The notes beneath the pieces are model-generated. The model made no database searches, had not been told where the DNA came from, and saw only the letters and a list, made by a program, of their open reading frames with translations. This document shows positions 8,381 to 17,080 of a stretch of 39,735 nucleotides of DNA, in pieces. Position 1 is the stretch's first letter, and the number at the start of each line of letters is the position of its first letter. The position numbers and the translations under genes were made by a program. This stretch comes from a virus, in UHGV virus genome UHGV-1362164; one strand, written 5' to 3'.

Positions 8381-9088
8381 TTATATAATCACACGACCAA
8401 TAATATACAGATCATCTAATTCGTCAGAATAAAAATCGGGATACAAACGGTCACCATTTTTATCAACGTCTGTATTCAATGAAACCAACCTCAATCTATC
8501 GCCTTCTAAATACATCTTCTTTATAAAAGCTTCTTCATTGATTTCAACAGCCCCGATTTGTCCATTAAACACATCGTTCGTTTCTTTCACGAAAACTATT
8601 TCCCCATCTTCAAATGTAGGGTACATACTATCGCCTGCTACTTGAAAAGCTAGGTCGTAATGAGAAGGTGTACTTCCGACTTCAACTGTTTCTACACAAT
8701 TTTTATCATTATATGTTCCTCCACCAGCAGAAAGTTTACCAGCTATTTCAACAGTAGTAGATTTCGTAGGCATCATTACGATAACTTTATTGTTAGTTTG
8801 TAATCTCGTTTGTTCGTCTAGTTGATGTTGAGCGAAGTTATAGACTTTGGATTGACGTTCAGGGATAAGCTGATTGTAAATGGTCTCTATAGAAGAAACA
8901 TTATCAGACTCCCAACCCATTAAATAAGCAGGTGTTGTTTGTAGTATCTTTGCGATATCATCCAAGATATTAGTTGGTAATTTTTCTATTTCACCTTTTT
9001 CGTATCTAAAAATAGTTGAGCGAGAAACACCAAGTCGTTCAGCAACCACATCGGCGCTGAGTTTTAACTGTTTTCTGCGCAACTTCAT
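8381..9088 (-). CDS. CI-like lysogeny repressor: N-terminal HTH_XRE domain plus C-terminal S24 (LexA-like) autopeptidase domain
   Basis: Start chosen at MKLRRKQLKLSADVVAERLGVSRSTIFRYEKGE (RBS GGAGA); an alternative GTG start lies at 9106 after AGGAGG. The C-terminus has AGDSMYPTF...G (S24 Ser in GDSM) and a later Lys. The six-frame ORF extends further upstream, but that extension is nonsense. Confidence 0.85.
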   Translation of the reverse strand: MKLRRKQLKLSADVVAERLGVSRSTIFRYEKGEIEKLPTNILDDIAKILQTTPAYLMGWESDNVSSIETIYNQLIPERQSKVYNFAQHQLDEQTRLQTNNKVIVMMPTKSTTVEIAGKLSAGGGTYNDKNCVETVEVGSTPSHYDLAFQVAGDSMYPTFEDGEIVFVKETNDVFNGQIGAVEINEEAFIKKMYLEGDRLRLVSLNTDVDKNGDRLYPDFYSDELDDLYIIGRVII

Positions 9089-9119
9089 GCGTTCTCCTAT
9101 GTTCACGTTAACACCTCCT

Positions 9120-9266
9120 GAAAACAGTATAAAACAAATGTTGCAAAAACGCAACAAAAAATATCGCATAAATGCAACTTTTTTATTGACAGTTGCTTTT
9201 TTTGTGGTATATTGAAAATACGAAGTCGCGATAATGCGACTTAAAAAGTTGGGAGGTGGAAATATT
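9120..9266. promoter_or_regulatory. Genetic-switch region: divergent cI and cro promoters with repeated operator half-sites
   Basis: Rightward promoter: TTGACA-16-TATATT (9187-9214) then RBS GGAGGTGG. Leftward promoter (minus strand): TTGCGT-17-TATACT then AGGAGG. Operator-like dyads: GTTGCAAAAACGCAAC (9140-9155), the related ATCGCATAAATGCAAC (9162-9177), GCAAC...GTTGC (9174-9196) overlapping the -35, and the separate palindrome AAGTCGCgataatGCGACTT (9224-9243). Confidence 0.6.
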
Positions 9267-9473
9267 ATGATCAACACTTCAAAATTAAAAGGACTTATCG
9301 TTGAAAGAGGAACTACTCAACAGGCGGTAGCTGATTCTATTGGAATCGACAGAAGTACTTTTTATAGGAAAATGAAAAAGGGAGGAGATTTTTCTATCGA
9401 AGAAGCGAAAAAAATGAAAGAAGAAATTCCCTTATCTGATGATGAAGCAATAACTATTTTTTTTTGGAAATAA
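9267..9473 (+). CDS. Cro-like HTH_XRE regulator
   Basis: ATG 9267 after GGGAGGTGG. HTH segment TTQQAVADSIGIDRSTFYRKMKKG. Divergent from cI. Confidence 0.7.
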   Translation: MINTSKLKGLIVERGTTQQAVADSIGIDRSTFYRKMKKGGDFSIEEAKKMKEEIPLSDDEAITIFFWK

Positions 9474-9524
9474 AGTCGCATTTACGCTACAAAACAAACA
9501 ACCAACCTAGGGGGTGTAACCACA

Positions 9525-9851
9525 ATGTCAACCACAACAGACGAGTTAGCAAACATGATTAAGCGAATGGTTGATGAAATCGTTGACGAGAAAATGAAAG
9601 TTATTGAAGATACCTACTTTGCCAAGTCAAAGCAAACACTTTTCACCAAAGCTCAACTCGCTGAAAAGTGGGGGTGCTCGGTTGGAACTGTGGATAAAAT
9701 TCTTAAAAACGGTGGTGTAGAGCCTGTTGCGAAACGGGGTAAAAATTTTGAGTATCCAATCGTACTCGCACAAGAAGCAAAAGATTATCACGACAGCCGA
9801 GGCATAAAAGATCATCAAGTATCTGTACGAGCAAGAGCGATCAAAACATAA
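9525..9851 (+). CDS. Small HTH DNA-binding protein (excisionase/MerR-like fold by motif)
   Basis: RBS GGGGGTG. Motif FTKAQLAEKWGCSVGTVDKILKNGGVEPV. The location after cro is typical for Xis-like or early regulator genes. Function is an inference. Confidence 0.4.
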   Translation: MSTTTDELANMIKRMVDEIVDEKMKVIEDTYFAKSKQTLFTKAQLAEKWGCSVGTVDKILKNGGVEPVAKRGKNFEYPIVLAQEAKDYHDSRGIKDHQVSVRARAIKT

Positions 9852-9864
9852 AGGAGGCAACAGA

Positions 9865-10746
9865 ATGAATCAATTACGTGTAACAGGAACACAAAGAATT
9901 GGCAACTATGAATTTGTCGGAATCGAAGGAGGTTTCGGTGAGGGCAAGAAAGCAATGACTGTGAAGGACATTGCTGAGATTCACAATCAGGCCCAAGGAG
10001 AAATTAATAGGAGAATCAATAAGAGTCGCAATCGGTTTAAAGATGGCATAGATATTATCGACTTAAAATCCGTTATGGGTCTGAGCCATAGCGAAATTGC
10101 ACAGTTTGGATTTACTCAAAATGCATTCAATGCATCCAAGAACATTTATATCCTATCTGAACGAGGATACGCTAAGCTGCTAAAAATATTAGAAGACGAT
10201 ACAGCATGGGAAGTTTACGATCAGCTGGTTGATAACTACTTCTCTTATCGTAAAGCGGTGCAGTCTATTGGTTCCGATATGTCTGATTTAGATGTTAGAC
10301 GAGTGAATGCTACAGCTAGATTAGAAAATGCAAGGGTTCGTAAAGCCAAACTGTTGTCAGAATTATCAAAGGATGCAGATTCTAAGGTAAATAAGATTTT
10401 GCTTCAAGAAAAAGCAGCCGAAATTTTAACTGGTGAAAAATTACTAGAAATGCCTGTACTAAAACAAAAGATGTTTGATAGTGAATCAATCGCCAAAAAA
10501 CTTGGCATTTATTCTAAAAGTGGAGAACCACACACTACAGCAGTAAGTCAGTTGATTCAGCAAAATATTATTTTGAACGAAGACGAAGCGGAAATCGTTC
10601 CATTTTTTGACGGGCGAAAAAGCGGAACGATGGTCAATTATGCAGAATCTGTAATTGAAAAAGTCGAAAATTGGTTAATTAAAAATAGTTATCCGACGGT
10701 AATTAAAGGAAAAAGTATGAATTACCACATTATTTACGAAGGATAA
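9865..10746 (+). CDS. Phage antirepressor-like protein (ORF6N/KilA-type N-terminal domain plus C-terminal domain)
   Basis: RBS AAGGAGG. N-terminal region ...AMTVKDIAEIHNQAQGEINRRINKSRNRF...DGIDIID... resembles ORF6N-family antirepressors. 293 aa. Confidence 0.5.
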   Translation: MNQLRVTGTQRIGNYEFVGIEGGFGEGKKAMTVKDIAEIHNQAQGEINRRINKSRNRFKDGIDIIDLKSVMGLSHSEIAQFGFTQNAFNASKNIYILSERGYAKLLKILEDDTAWEVYDQLVDNYFSYRKAVQSIGSDMSDLDVRRVNATARLENARVRKAKLLSELSKDADSKVNKILLQEKAAEILTGEKLLEMPVLKQKMFDSESIAKKLGIYSKSGEPHTTAVSQLIQQNIILNEDEAEIVPFFDGRKSGTMVNYAESVIEKVENWLIKNSYPTVIKGKSMNYHIIYEG

Positions 10747-10807
10747 TTCGTCCATTAGGTGGACAAATTGAGTTGTGTATTTAATACGCAAAACATTAGG
10801 AGGAACA

Positions 10808-11221
10808 ATGATGAACAAGCAACAAGAGTTATGGGAAAAACAGGAGCAACTTGTCGATGAAGTCGGATTCATTTTGGCAGCTTATCATGAAGACACACCG
10901 ATTTTCACAGACATGACAGACAAATCTCCAACGATTGAAGCTTTTATTGGTCAGTCAACTTTAGAAACGGCTGACGGATTACCAGGATATACGACACAAG
11001 GAGAAAACGGCGAGACAATTTTCATTCAGTTCTTTTCGGATGGAAAGCAGATATACACTTATTTAAAAGACGGTCAAGTAGTGAGACATCAATTCCTAAA
11101 AATAAAAAAAGATTTAGACACACCTTCTAAGCGTCTAGATCATGTATCTAAGTTGGTGCAAGAGCTAATAACAATCCAAAAAGAACTTGACGAGCTGGAA
11201 GAGGAGCAGATCGATGAATAA
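10808..11221 (+). CDS. Hypothetical early protein
   Basis: ATG after AGGAGGAAC. Acidic C-terminal coiled segment. No family recognised. Confidence 0.5.
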   Translation: MMNKQQELWEKQEQLVDEVGFILAAYHEDTPIFTDMTDKSPTIEAFIGQSTLETADGLPGYTTQGENGETIFIQFFSDGKQIYTYLKDGQVVRHQFLKIKKDLDTPSKRLDHVSKLVQELITIQKELDELEEEQIDE

Positions 11222-11378
11222 AAAAATCAATCTCATTTTAGCCGCTTTTTTGCTCGGAGGTGTCGCTACCGTCCTACCTATGCTACTGAAAATATGTTTG
11301 TTTGTCGGCGTTGGATTGCTGCTGTTTATGAAGTATGACGAATGGGAGTATAGCCAAAGGAAGGGAGTGGAAAAATGA
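11214..11378 (+). CDS. Small two-TM membrane protein (54 aa)
   Basis: ATGA overlap with the upstream stop. Sequence MNKKINLILAAFLLGGVATVLPMLLKICLFVGVGLLLFMKY... Confidence 0.4.
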   Translation: MNKKINLILAAFLLGGVATVLPMLLKICLFVGVGLLLFMKYDEWEYSQRKGVEK

Positions 11379-11605
11379 ATAAAGGTGAACAGACAAAACA
11401 ATTATCAAAGGTAGCTTCATTAATTGATTTGAGTGTCAATTATTTATCTTGCTTGGGTTTATAAATCGTACAAGGCAACAAAGACTTCACTATCTATTCC
11501 TTATCAAATGAACGGGGGCTTGATAATTTAATGAATAATTTAGAAGAGGCAAGCGAATCAATTAAACAATTATTTCAACATATTGACGAATCGGAGGAAT
11601 AGAAA

Positions 11606-12109
11606 ATGAGCAGTAACGAATCACCATATCTAAAATACGGGCTGGGCTTTGAAGAAGATGAAAGAGTAATTGGAAGTGAACCGTTTCATCAAGATGTTCT
11701 TAATTTAGCAGAATATTTACTAAAAAAGTTTCCAAAGGAACGAGTAAGCATTATGCATTATATGTTTCAAATTGGATTTAACTGTGGTCAACGATCAATG
11801 GGTGATAACTCTGGACTAGATGAAATTCTTAAAGAAGCTGAGACTTTTAAAACTAACATGAACACTACTGTTATTGAAATGGATCAGATAGCACAGAGCT
11901 TAGATATTGTTTTAGAACATATCGAAGTGCTTAGAACAGGAGATAAAGAAGTAGAGCGTGCGGTCAATTTACTAGATGTTTTAGTTCGCAGCCTGACGGA
12001 CTGTTGTGCTGCTAGTGAGGATTCGGTCACATCTTTTGAGCGGTTTATTTCTAAGAGCAAACAAAAAAATATGCCTACCTCGTCGGCCAACGAAGTAAGC
12101 AACTCATAA
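11606..12109 (+). CDS. Hypothetical early protein (167 aa)
   Basis: RBS GGAGGAA plus ATG. No family recognised. Confidence 0.5.
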   Translation: MSSNESPYLKYGLGFEEDERVIGSEPFHQDVLNLAEYLLKKFPKERVSIMHYMFQIGFNCGQRSMGDNSGLDEILKEAETFKTNMNTTVIEMDQIAQSLDIVLEHIEVLRTGDKEVERAVNLLDVLVRSLTDCCAASEDSVTSFERFISKSKQKNMPTSSANEVSNS

Positions 12110-12166
12110 AATTTACGATTAATTAATTTTACCATAATTCAAAATGATTTGTTAGAGGGTGATTGA

Positions 12167-12868
12167 ATGCCGGAACGAAAAATAGCAAAGGCGAATAGGG
12201 GATTCAAAGGAGTTTGGATCCCAGCGTCATATTGGCTAGATGAAAGTTTAACAATCCAAGAAATGTTGTTTCTAGCTGAAATACATAGTTTGGATATTGA
12301 TGAAAAAGGTTGCTTTGCCAGCAATAAACACTTTGCAGACTTTTTCGGTCTAAGCAAGAGCAGAGTTTCAGAAGTAATAAACTCTTTATCAAAAAAAGGA
12401 TACATCAAAATCGGTTACAAATATAGCGGAAAAGAAGTGAAAAAAAGAGTCATTAAGGTATTCGGTAAATCGAAGGGGGGTATTCGAGATTCCGAAGGGG
12501 GGTATTCGGAAAACGCGAAAGGGAGTAATACATCTTTTAGTAGTACATCTTTAGAAAACATTATGTCGAGCAAGCCCGACCCGATCCCCTATTCAAACAT
12601 TATCAATTATCTGAATGAAAAGACTGATAGGTCTTTCAAAGTGACTGAGAAATGGAAAAGTCTAATCAAAGCACGTTGGAATGAAGGCCAACGGTATGAC
12701 GAGTTTGTCAAAGTCATTGACAATAAGGTAGCTGAATGGCTAGACAATCCAAAAATGAACAAGTATCTAAGACCAGAAACACTATTTTCCAATAAGTTTG
12801 ATGGTTATTTGAATGAACGACAACCCGCGAAAGAAGAAAGAACATCGAATAGTACGGTGGTGTTTTAA
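12167..12868 (+). CDS. Phage replisome organizer / replication initiation protein (DnaD-like N-terminus plus conserved phage C-terminal domain)
   Basis: RBS GAGGGTG. The C-terminal block IINYLNEKTDRSFKVTEKWKSLIKARWNEGQRYDEFVKVIDNKVAEWLDNPKMNKYLRPETLF matches the conserved phage replication-protein C-terminus. Internal iterons are present (see repeat feature). Confidence 0.7.
   Translation: MPERKIAKANRGFKGVWIPASYWLDESLTIQEMLFLAEIHSLDIDEKGCFASNKHFADFFGLSKSRVSEVINSLSKKGYIKIGYKYSGKEVKKRVIKVFGKSKGGIRDSEGGYSENAKGSNTSFSSTSLENIMSSKPDPIPYSNIINYLNEKTDRSFKVTEKWKSLIKARWNEGQRYDEFVKVIDNKVAEWLDNPKMNKYLRPETLFSNKFDGYLNERQPAKEERTSNSTVVF
12455..12530 (+). repeat. Direct repeats (iterons) inside the replisome-organizer gene; putative phage origin of replication
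   Basis: CGAAGGGGGGTATTCG at 12471-12486 and 12493-12508. Flanking partial copies GGTATTCGG (12457) and CGCGAAAGGGAGTAATAC (12514). They encode a low-complexity linker (KSKGGIRDSEGGYSENAKGS). Confidence 0.5.
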
Positions 12869-13759
12869 ATGGATTTTCCATTATTGAACGAGTTGAAAGA
12901 AACAAAAGAAGTTTGCCCGGTACATGGCAGACCGTTAGTTCAGTTGAGAACCTTAAAACCGTTTTGTACCGAATGTAGAAAACAACACCTGATAGAGGCG
13001 GAACAAGAAGAAGCAAAGCAAGCATCGATGAGACACCAAAGGCGGCGAACGATTGAAGTTCTAAAAACTGATTCAATTGTCGGTGATCCTAAGTTATGGA
13101 CCGCATCTTTTGATAACTATGTTCCAGACGGAAAAGAATCTGCTGACGCTTTGAAATTAGCAAGATTATCAGCTGGTGGATACATGAAAAGTTTGCAAGA
13201 GGAAAAAAGATGTCAGCGAATCATCGCAAATAAAGACCTAGACGAATCTGAGAGAGATCAGGCCAAGAAAGAGCTATCCGAGTTGGACAAGTTCAATACA
13301 ATTTTTTCTGGTGTTCCGGGAGTCGGCAAATCCCATCTAGCAATGTCAATGCTACAGGCGGTTAACGATCACTCAGAAGAGTTAATTAGTTGTCTCTTTA
13401 TTTCATTGAATGACATGTTCCGATTGATCAAATCGAGTTTCGGTAAGCCGGATAGCAAATATACAGAATTAAACATGACTGATTTACTATCTAATGTCGA
13501 TTTATTAGTATTGGATGATTTAGGCTCTGAATCGTCATTTAAGCGTGAGAATCGGGAAGCAGGGGAATATATCCAAAACGTAATTTTCGGCGTACTAAAC
13601 GCAAGACAGCGAACCATAATCACTACTAATTTGAATAGCAGAGAGTTAGAAGAAATCTATAATCCAAAAATTATCAGTCGAATATACAAAGGCGTGGATG
13701 GCCACGTTATCAAATTTACCAAAAGTACGAAAGACAAGAGGAATAAACCAATATTTTAA
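12869..13759 (+). CDS. DnaC/IstB-like AAA+ helicase loader
   Basis: Walker A GVPGVGKSHLA, Walker B LLVLDDLGSE. N-terminal Zn-ribbon-like region CPVHG...CTEC. Confidence 0.8.
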   Translation: MDFPLLNELKETKEVCPVHGRPLVQLRTLKPFCTECRKQHLIEAEQEEAKQASMRHQRRRTIEVLKTDSIVGDPKLWTASFDNYVPDGKESADALKLARLSAGGYMKSLQEEKRCQRIIANKDLDESERDQAKKELSELDKFNTIFSGVPGVGKSHLAMSMLQAVNDHSEELISCLFISLNDMFRLIKSSFGKPDSKYTELNMTDLLSNVDLLVLDDLGSESSFKRENREAGEYIQNVIFGVLNARQRTIITTNLNSRELEEIYNPKIISRIYKGVDGHVIKFTKSTKDKRNKPIF

Positions 13760-13778
13760 GAATGGAGAATCAATCCGA

Positions 13779-13961
13779 ATGAGAGTTAAAAAGAACAATA
13801 CAAGATCATTAGTTAAGCATCTAGAAACTTTAGTACAAGGCGTAAAAAATCAATTAGAAAGTGATTTTGACAATAAAGAAGCAATTCAACAGGATTTGAT
13901 TTTGATAGTCAGCACAGCTTCTGATTTGTCGGATGCTTTAAGCGAGGAACAACCAAAATGA
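13779..13961 (+). CDS. Hypothetical small protein (60 aa)
   Basis: ATG 13779 after AATGGAGAA. The listed ORF track start at 13698 lies inside dnaC. Confidence 0.4.
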   Translation: MRVKKNNTRSLVKHLETLVQGVKNQLESDFDNKEAIQQDLILIVSTASDLSDALSEEQPK

Positions 13962-14503
13962 AATGTCCGATTTGCTCAGGAGAAAAAGTAGTTTGGCAGG
14001 GGAATGATAACATTGGAGTAATGAAATGTGCTCCCTGTCCATTATGCAACGCTAAAACCACATCGAAAGGAACTAATACAATGCAAAATGTAGATGAAAT
14101 TCAAAAAAATATTGCAGTGCCGCTAGTAGTTAAGCATGTTAGCGAGCATTTTCAATCAGATGAATTTAAGGAAACAAGAGACAGCGACTTTTCTGAACAT
14201 GAAAAGAAAATGTTTGTTGTTATGGATGTTTATAGAAAAGTGAGGTTTTCTCTTATCGAGAGAGAGCTTAAAACACTCGTTGAGAAAGATGATTTCTCGC
14301 TGATAAGCAATAAGCTAGTGGAGTTATCAGAAAGGGTCTTATTTTTTGAAGAGGAATTTTATAGGTTGCTGCAAAATGCGATCCATGATGAAGAGCCAAG
14401 CGACAATATCATGAATGTTTATTACGGAACCATGAACAACGATCATCTTAACCTTATCGATGTGATTGAAAAAGCCGTAGATGCAGTATGGGTTAATTGT
14501 TAA
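13958..14503 (+). CDS. Hypothetical protein with N-terminal zinc-ribbon (CPICSGE...CAPCPLC)
   Basis: ATGA-coupled to the upstream gene. 181 aa. Confidence 0.5.
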   Translation: MKCPICSGEKVVWQGNDNIGVMKCAPCPLCNAKTTSKGTNTMQNVDEIQKNIAVPLVVKHVSEHFQSDEFKETRDSDFSEHEKKMFVVMDVYRKVRFSLIERELKTLVEKDDFSLISNKLVELSERVLFFEEEFYRLLQNAIHDEEPSDNIMNVYYGTMNNDHLNLIDVIEKAVDAVWVNC

Positions 14504-14507
14504 TTAA

Positions 14508-14699
14508 TTGAAGAGGAATGAGCGCATGAAACGTAAACGATATTCAACAAATAGACAGTTGCACGATTTAGCGCTCATTCTTTCGAATGGCGAAGAATGG
14601 CGCCGTTTAGGTATCTACTATGATTTACAACGATATTTGATTATCAATGGTAGAAAGTGGATAACCGAATCTCAGGCAAAAGAATGGATTAACAAATGA
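14508..14699 (+). CDS. Hypothetical small basic protein
   Basis: Open frame in the operon context; the exact start is uncertain. Confidence 0.35.
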   Translation: MKRNERMKRKRYSTNRQLHDLALILSNGEEWRRLGIYYDLQRYLIINGRKWITESQAKEWINK

Positions 14700-14851
14700 G
14701 CGATCGAGGTGAAACAGTGAAATCATATTTAAAAGAGTTAGGACGAGAGTTTGTCATCGTTTTTAAGAGAGCAGCAAGTTTGATTGGAATGTTTTTTAAC
14801 GATCATGAAGCTGCACTCAAAATTTGGAAAGACTATTTTCGTCAAAAGTAA
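14696..14851 (+). CDS. Hypothetical small protein (51 aa), not in the ORF track
   Basis: ATGA overlap with the upstream stop. Sequence MSDRGETVKSYLKELGREFVIVFKRAASLIGMFFNDHEAALKIWKDYFRQK. Confidence 0.3.
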   Translation: MSDRGETVKSYLKELGREFVIVFKRAASLIGMFFNDHEAALKIWKDYFRQK

Positions 14852-14871
14852 ACATAACAGGAGGTCTTCTT

Positions 14872-15183
14872 ATGGAATCGAAAAACAATTTAGCCGAAAT
14901 CAATGCAGATGATGATTTCCCATTAGAAATTAGAGAAGCTGCAGATCAAAGTGCAGTTGCAGATTTTATCGAGGAAAGCAAGACGTTTGAAGAGTTAGTT
15001 TTAGCGTTGAAAGTGTATTTCGGTTTAGACGATGAATACTATAAAGAACGAGCAAAATTCAAAGCGGTGAGTAACGCTCTAAACGAAGCGCAAAAAGAGC
15101 GTATCAAATACGCTAGGGGTTTTGTCGATAACGGCGGTACTATATTCGAATTATTGAAAGATGAAACGTTTTGGGCTTTGTAA
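14872..15183 (+). CDS. Hypothetical acidic protein (103 aa)
   Basis: RBS CAGGAGG plus ATG 14872. Confidence 0.5.
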   Translation: MESKNNLAEINADDDFPLEIREAADQSAVADFIEESKTFEELVLALKVYFGLDDEYYKERAKFKAVSNALNEAQKERIKYARGFVDNGGTIFELLKDETFWAL

Positions 15184-15253
15184 AACAGAAAAAACAATTT
15201 GAAAACGATGAAAAAATGTTTTCTGATTCAGCCGAATAGAAAGGATGGAGTGA

Positions 15254-15592
15254 ATGAAAATTGAAGTCTTTTTGGTAATTACAGTGAGTTTTTTAGCCGG
15301 AGGGTTTAGCGGCTACAAAATACGTAGCATATTTGAAACAAAGAAACCCAATCAAATAAATGAACCAGTTTTAGAAGTTTTTAAACCAAAGCCTCGATAT
15401 TGGACTGTTTCATACAAGCGAAACAATTCATTACTTGGAGAAGTGTGCACGATCATCGCACCTACGAAACAACTTGCTATCGAAGAAGCATATAAAAGTC
15501 TGAAATTTGCCTACGGTAAGAATGGATTTGCCATAACAAAGATTAGTGAGTTTGTTTTTAAGGAGAACGATAATGAAAAAAATGTGGATTAA
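15254..15592 (+). CDS. Hypothetical protein with N-terminal TM helix
   Basis: RBS AAGGATGGAG. Hydrophobic N-terminus IEVFLVITVSFLAGGFSGY. Confidence 0.5.
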   Translation: MKIEVFLVITVSFLAGGFSGYKIRSIFETKKPNQINEPVLEVFKPKPRYWTVSYKRNNSLLGEVCTIIAPTKQLAIEEAYKSLKFAYGKNGFAITKISEFVFKENDNEKNVD

Positions 15593-15776
15593 AGTCTTGT
15601 GTTGGGTTGCCATGAAAAGCGGCTATATCCTAATTAGAAACAAAGGATTTGTTAAAGGCTTTGAACAGTGTATCCCTTTGGTTGATTGGTATCGAATAGA
15701 GCACAAGACAGAATTTTATGAAGATCGTGAAATCATTGAGATGACCGGCAAGGTAGATCGTTACAAGCTGCTTTAG
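15573..15776 (+). CDS. Hypothetical small protein (67 aa)
   Basis: RBS AAGGAGAA plus ATG 15573. Overlaps the upstream gene's end. Confidence 0.4.
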   Translation: MKKMWIKVLCWVAMKSGYILIRNKGFVKGFEQCIPLVDWYRIEHKTEFYEDREIIEMTGKVDRYKLL

Positions 15777-15967
15777 TTGGAAAATGTGATTAGTCGAAAA
15801 GGGGGTAGCTACTATCGACACCCTTGGCGGATAACAAGGATTAAATATTTGGTAAAAGCCGTGTACGCCAAAACAGTGTATACGAAAAAAGGGTACCGCA
15901 AAATGGAGTACCGATTTATCAAATCGTGGGAAATGCACGATTAGACAACAATCAAGGAGGTTTTGAA

Positions 15968-16237
15968 ATGAGCAAAGAAACACTAGAAGCATGGACGGCC
16001 GGTTTTAAAGAAAAATATCCGCTGGGATACTCTCAGTATCAGTTGAATTATATCACTGGTCATGCTAGTGAAATTCAAAAGCAAGCTATCCAGCTTGAGA
16101 TGATCTGGGCAAACATAAATGCATTTAAAAGTGACATTGATGTGCAGGAAGCCATTATTAACAAAGTTAAAGAGATCAAAAAGACGATAGGGTATCTTGA
16201 AGGGTATTTGAAATCTACGAAGGAGGAGGGCGAATGA
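15968..16237 (+). CDS. Hypothetical protein (89 aa)
   Basis: RBS CAAGGAGG plus ATG 15968. Confidence 0.5.
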   Translation: MSKETLEAWTAGFKEKYPLGYSQYQLNYITGHASEIQKQAIQLEMIWANINAFKSDIDVQEAIINKVKEIKKTIGYLEGYLKSTKEEGE

Positions 16238-16443
16238 AAATGATTGCAGTAGTAAATGATCATACAATGCAAATCGTTTACGTTTTGAGAGGGTACGAAG
16301 ATGGCTTTGAAGGAAAGATTGTTGTAGACAACATCATTCAGGCTGGAATTCACGGAGAAGATGCGATTGCCATTTTTGGAAGGCGAAGACACTTTTTGAA
16401 TGGTCAACACTATTCATTCATTAGTGAGGAGGACGGCGAATGA
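16234..16443 (+). CDS. Hypothetical protein (69 aa)
   Basis: ATGA-coupled, RBS GGAGGAGGG. Confidence 0.45.
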   Translation: MKMIAVVNDHTMQIVYVLRGYEDGFEGKIVVDNIIQAGIHGEDAIAIFGRRRHFLNGQHYSFISEEDGE

Positions 16444-16628
16444 AAGATCAAGTATCAATGCCAGATGTGCGGGAAGCCATCAAAATGGCAAAAGACATCA
16501 CACCAATAATGAATCAAACAGAATATCTTCAATTGGTCGCATTGTACGCTCGTGTATTAGAACGATATGAAAAAGAGGAATACCCAGACGGGTTGCCAGA
16601 AGAAAAAAGTGCTCCAGATAAATTGTAA
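16440..16628 (+). CDS. Hypothetical protein (62 aa), last gene of the early rightward operon
   Basis: ATGA-coupled, RBS GGAGGACGG. Confidence 0.45.
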   Translation: MKDQVSMPDVREAIKMAKDITPIMNQTEYLQLVALYARVLERYEKEEYPDGLPEEKSAPDKL

Positions 16629-16640
16629 GACCCAGAGCAC
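16609..16640 (-). terminator. Intrinsic terminator for the minus-strand gene 16654..16860 (convergent with the early operon end)
   Basis: GTGCTC...GAGCAC hairpin preceded by an A-run on the plus strand. This reads as hairpin plus U-run on the minus strand. Confidence 0.45.
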
Positions 16641-16653
16641 CGATGAGACAATA

Positions 16654-16860
16654 TCAGTCTTCAATTACAACTCGTTGTACAACAGCCAAGTTAATCAACC
16701 TGGAGTTGCTAGATTGACTATGTCTTACATGAATCCAATTAGGTTCTTCAGGTAGTTCGTTAATAAGTGTGTCAGCGTGGAAGCTATTTCCGCGATCATA
16801 GCGAAATGCAACTTCTTTTCCACTTTTCAAAGTATCAATAATTATTTTTTTAACCATAGT
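16654..16860 (-). CDS. Opposite-strand hypothetical protein (68 aa) with its own promoter; moron-like
   Basis: ATG 16860 after AAGGTGA. Extended -10 TGATATAAT on the minus strand (plus coordinates 16887-16895). Terminator hairpin downstream. Confidence 0.45.
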   Translation of the reverse strand, partial: TMVKKIIIDTLKSGKEVAFRYDRGNSFHADTLINELPEEPNWIHVRHSQSSNSRLINLAVVQRVVIED

Positions 16861-17080
16861 ATATTTCACCTTCTTTCCTAGAAGGATTATATCATTCAAA
16901 ATGCTGAACAGTAAAAGTAATTCCGGTAACTCTAATATTTACGGAGGTGGCTGAATGATCAGCATAGAGAAATTTACTGCATTCTTTTTTTAGGATTTTC
17001 TTATGGTTATTAGTTATGGCCGTCATTGACTACAACAAATATTACAGAAAATAAAGATCCGGTAACCGAAGATATAGCAG

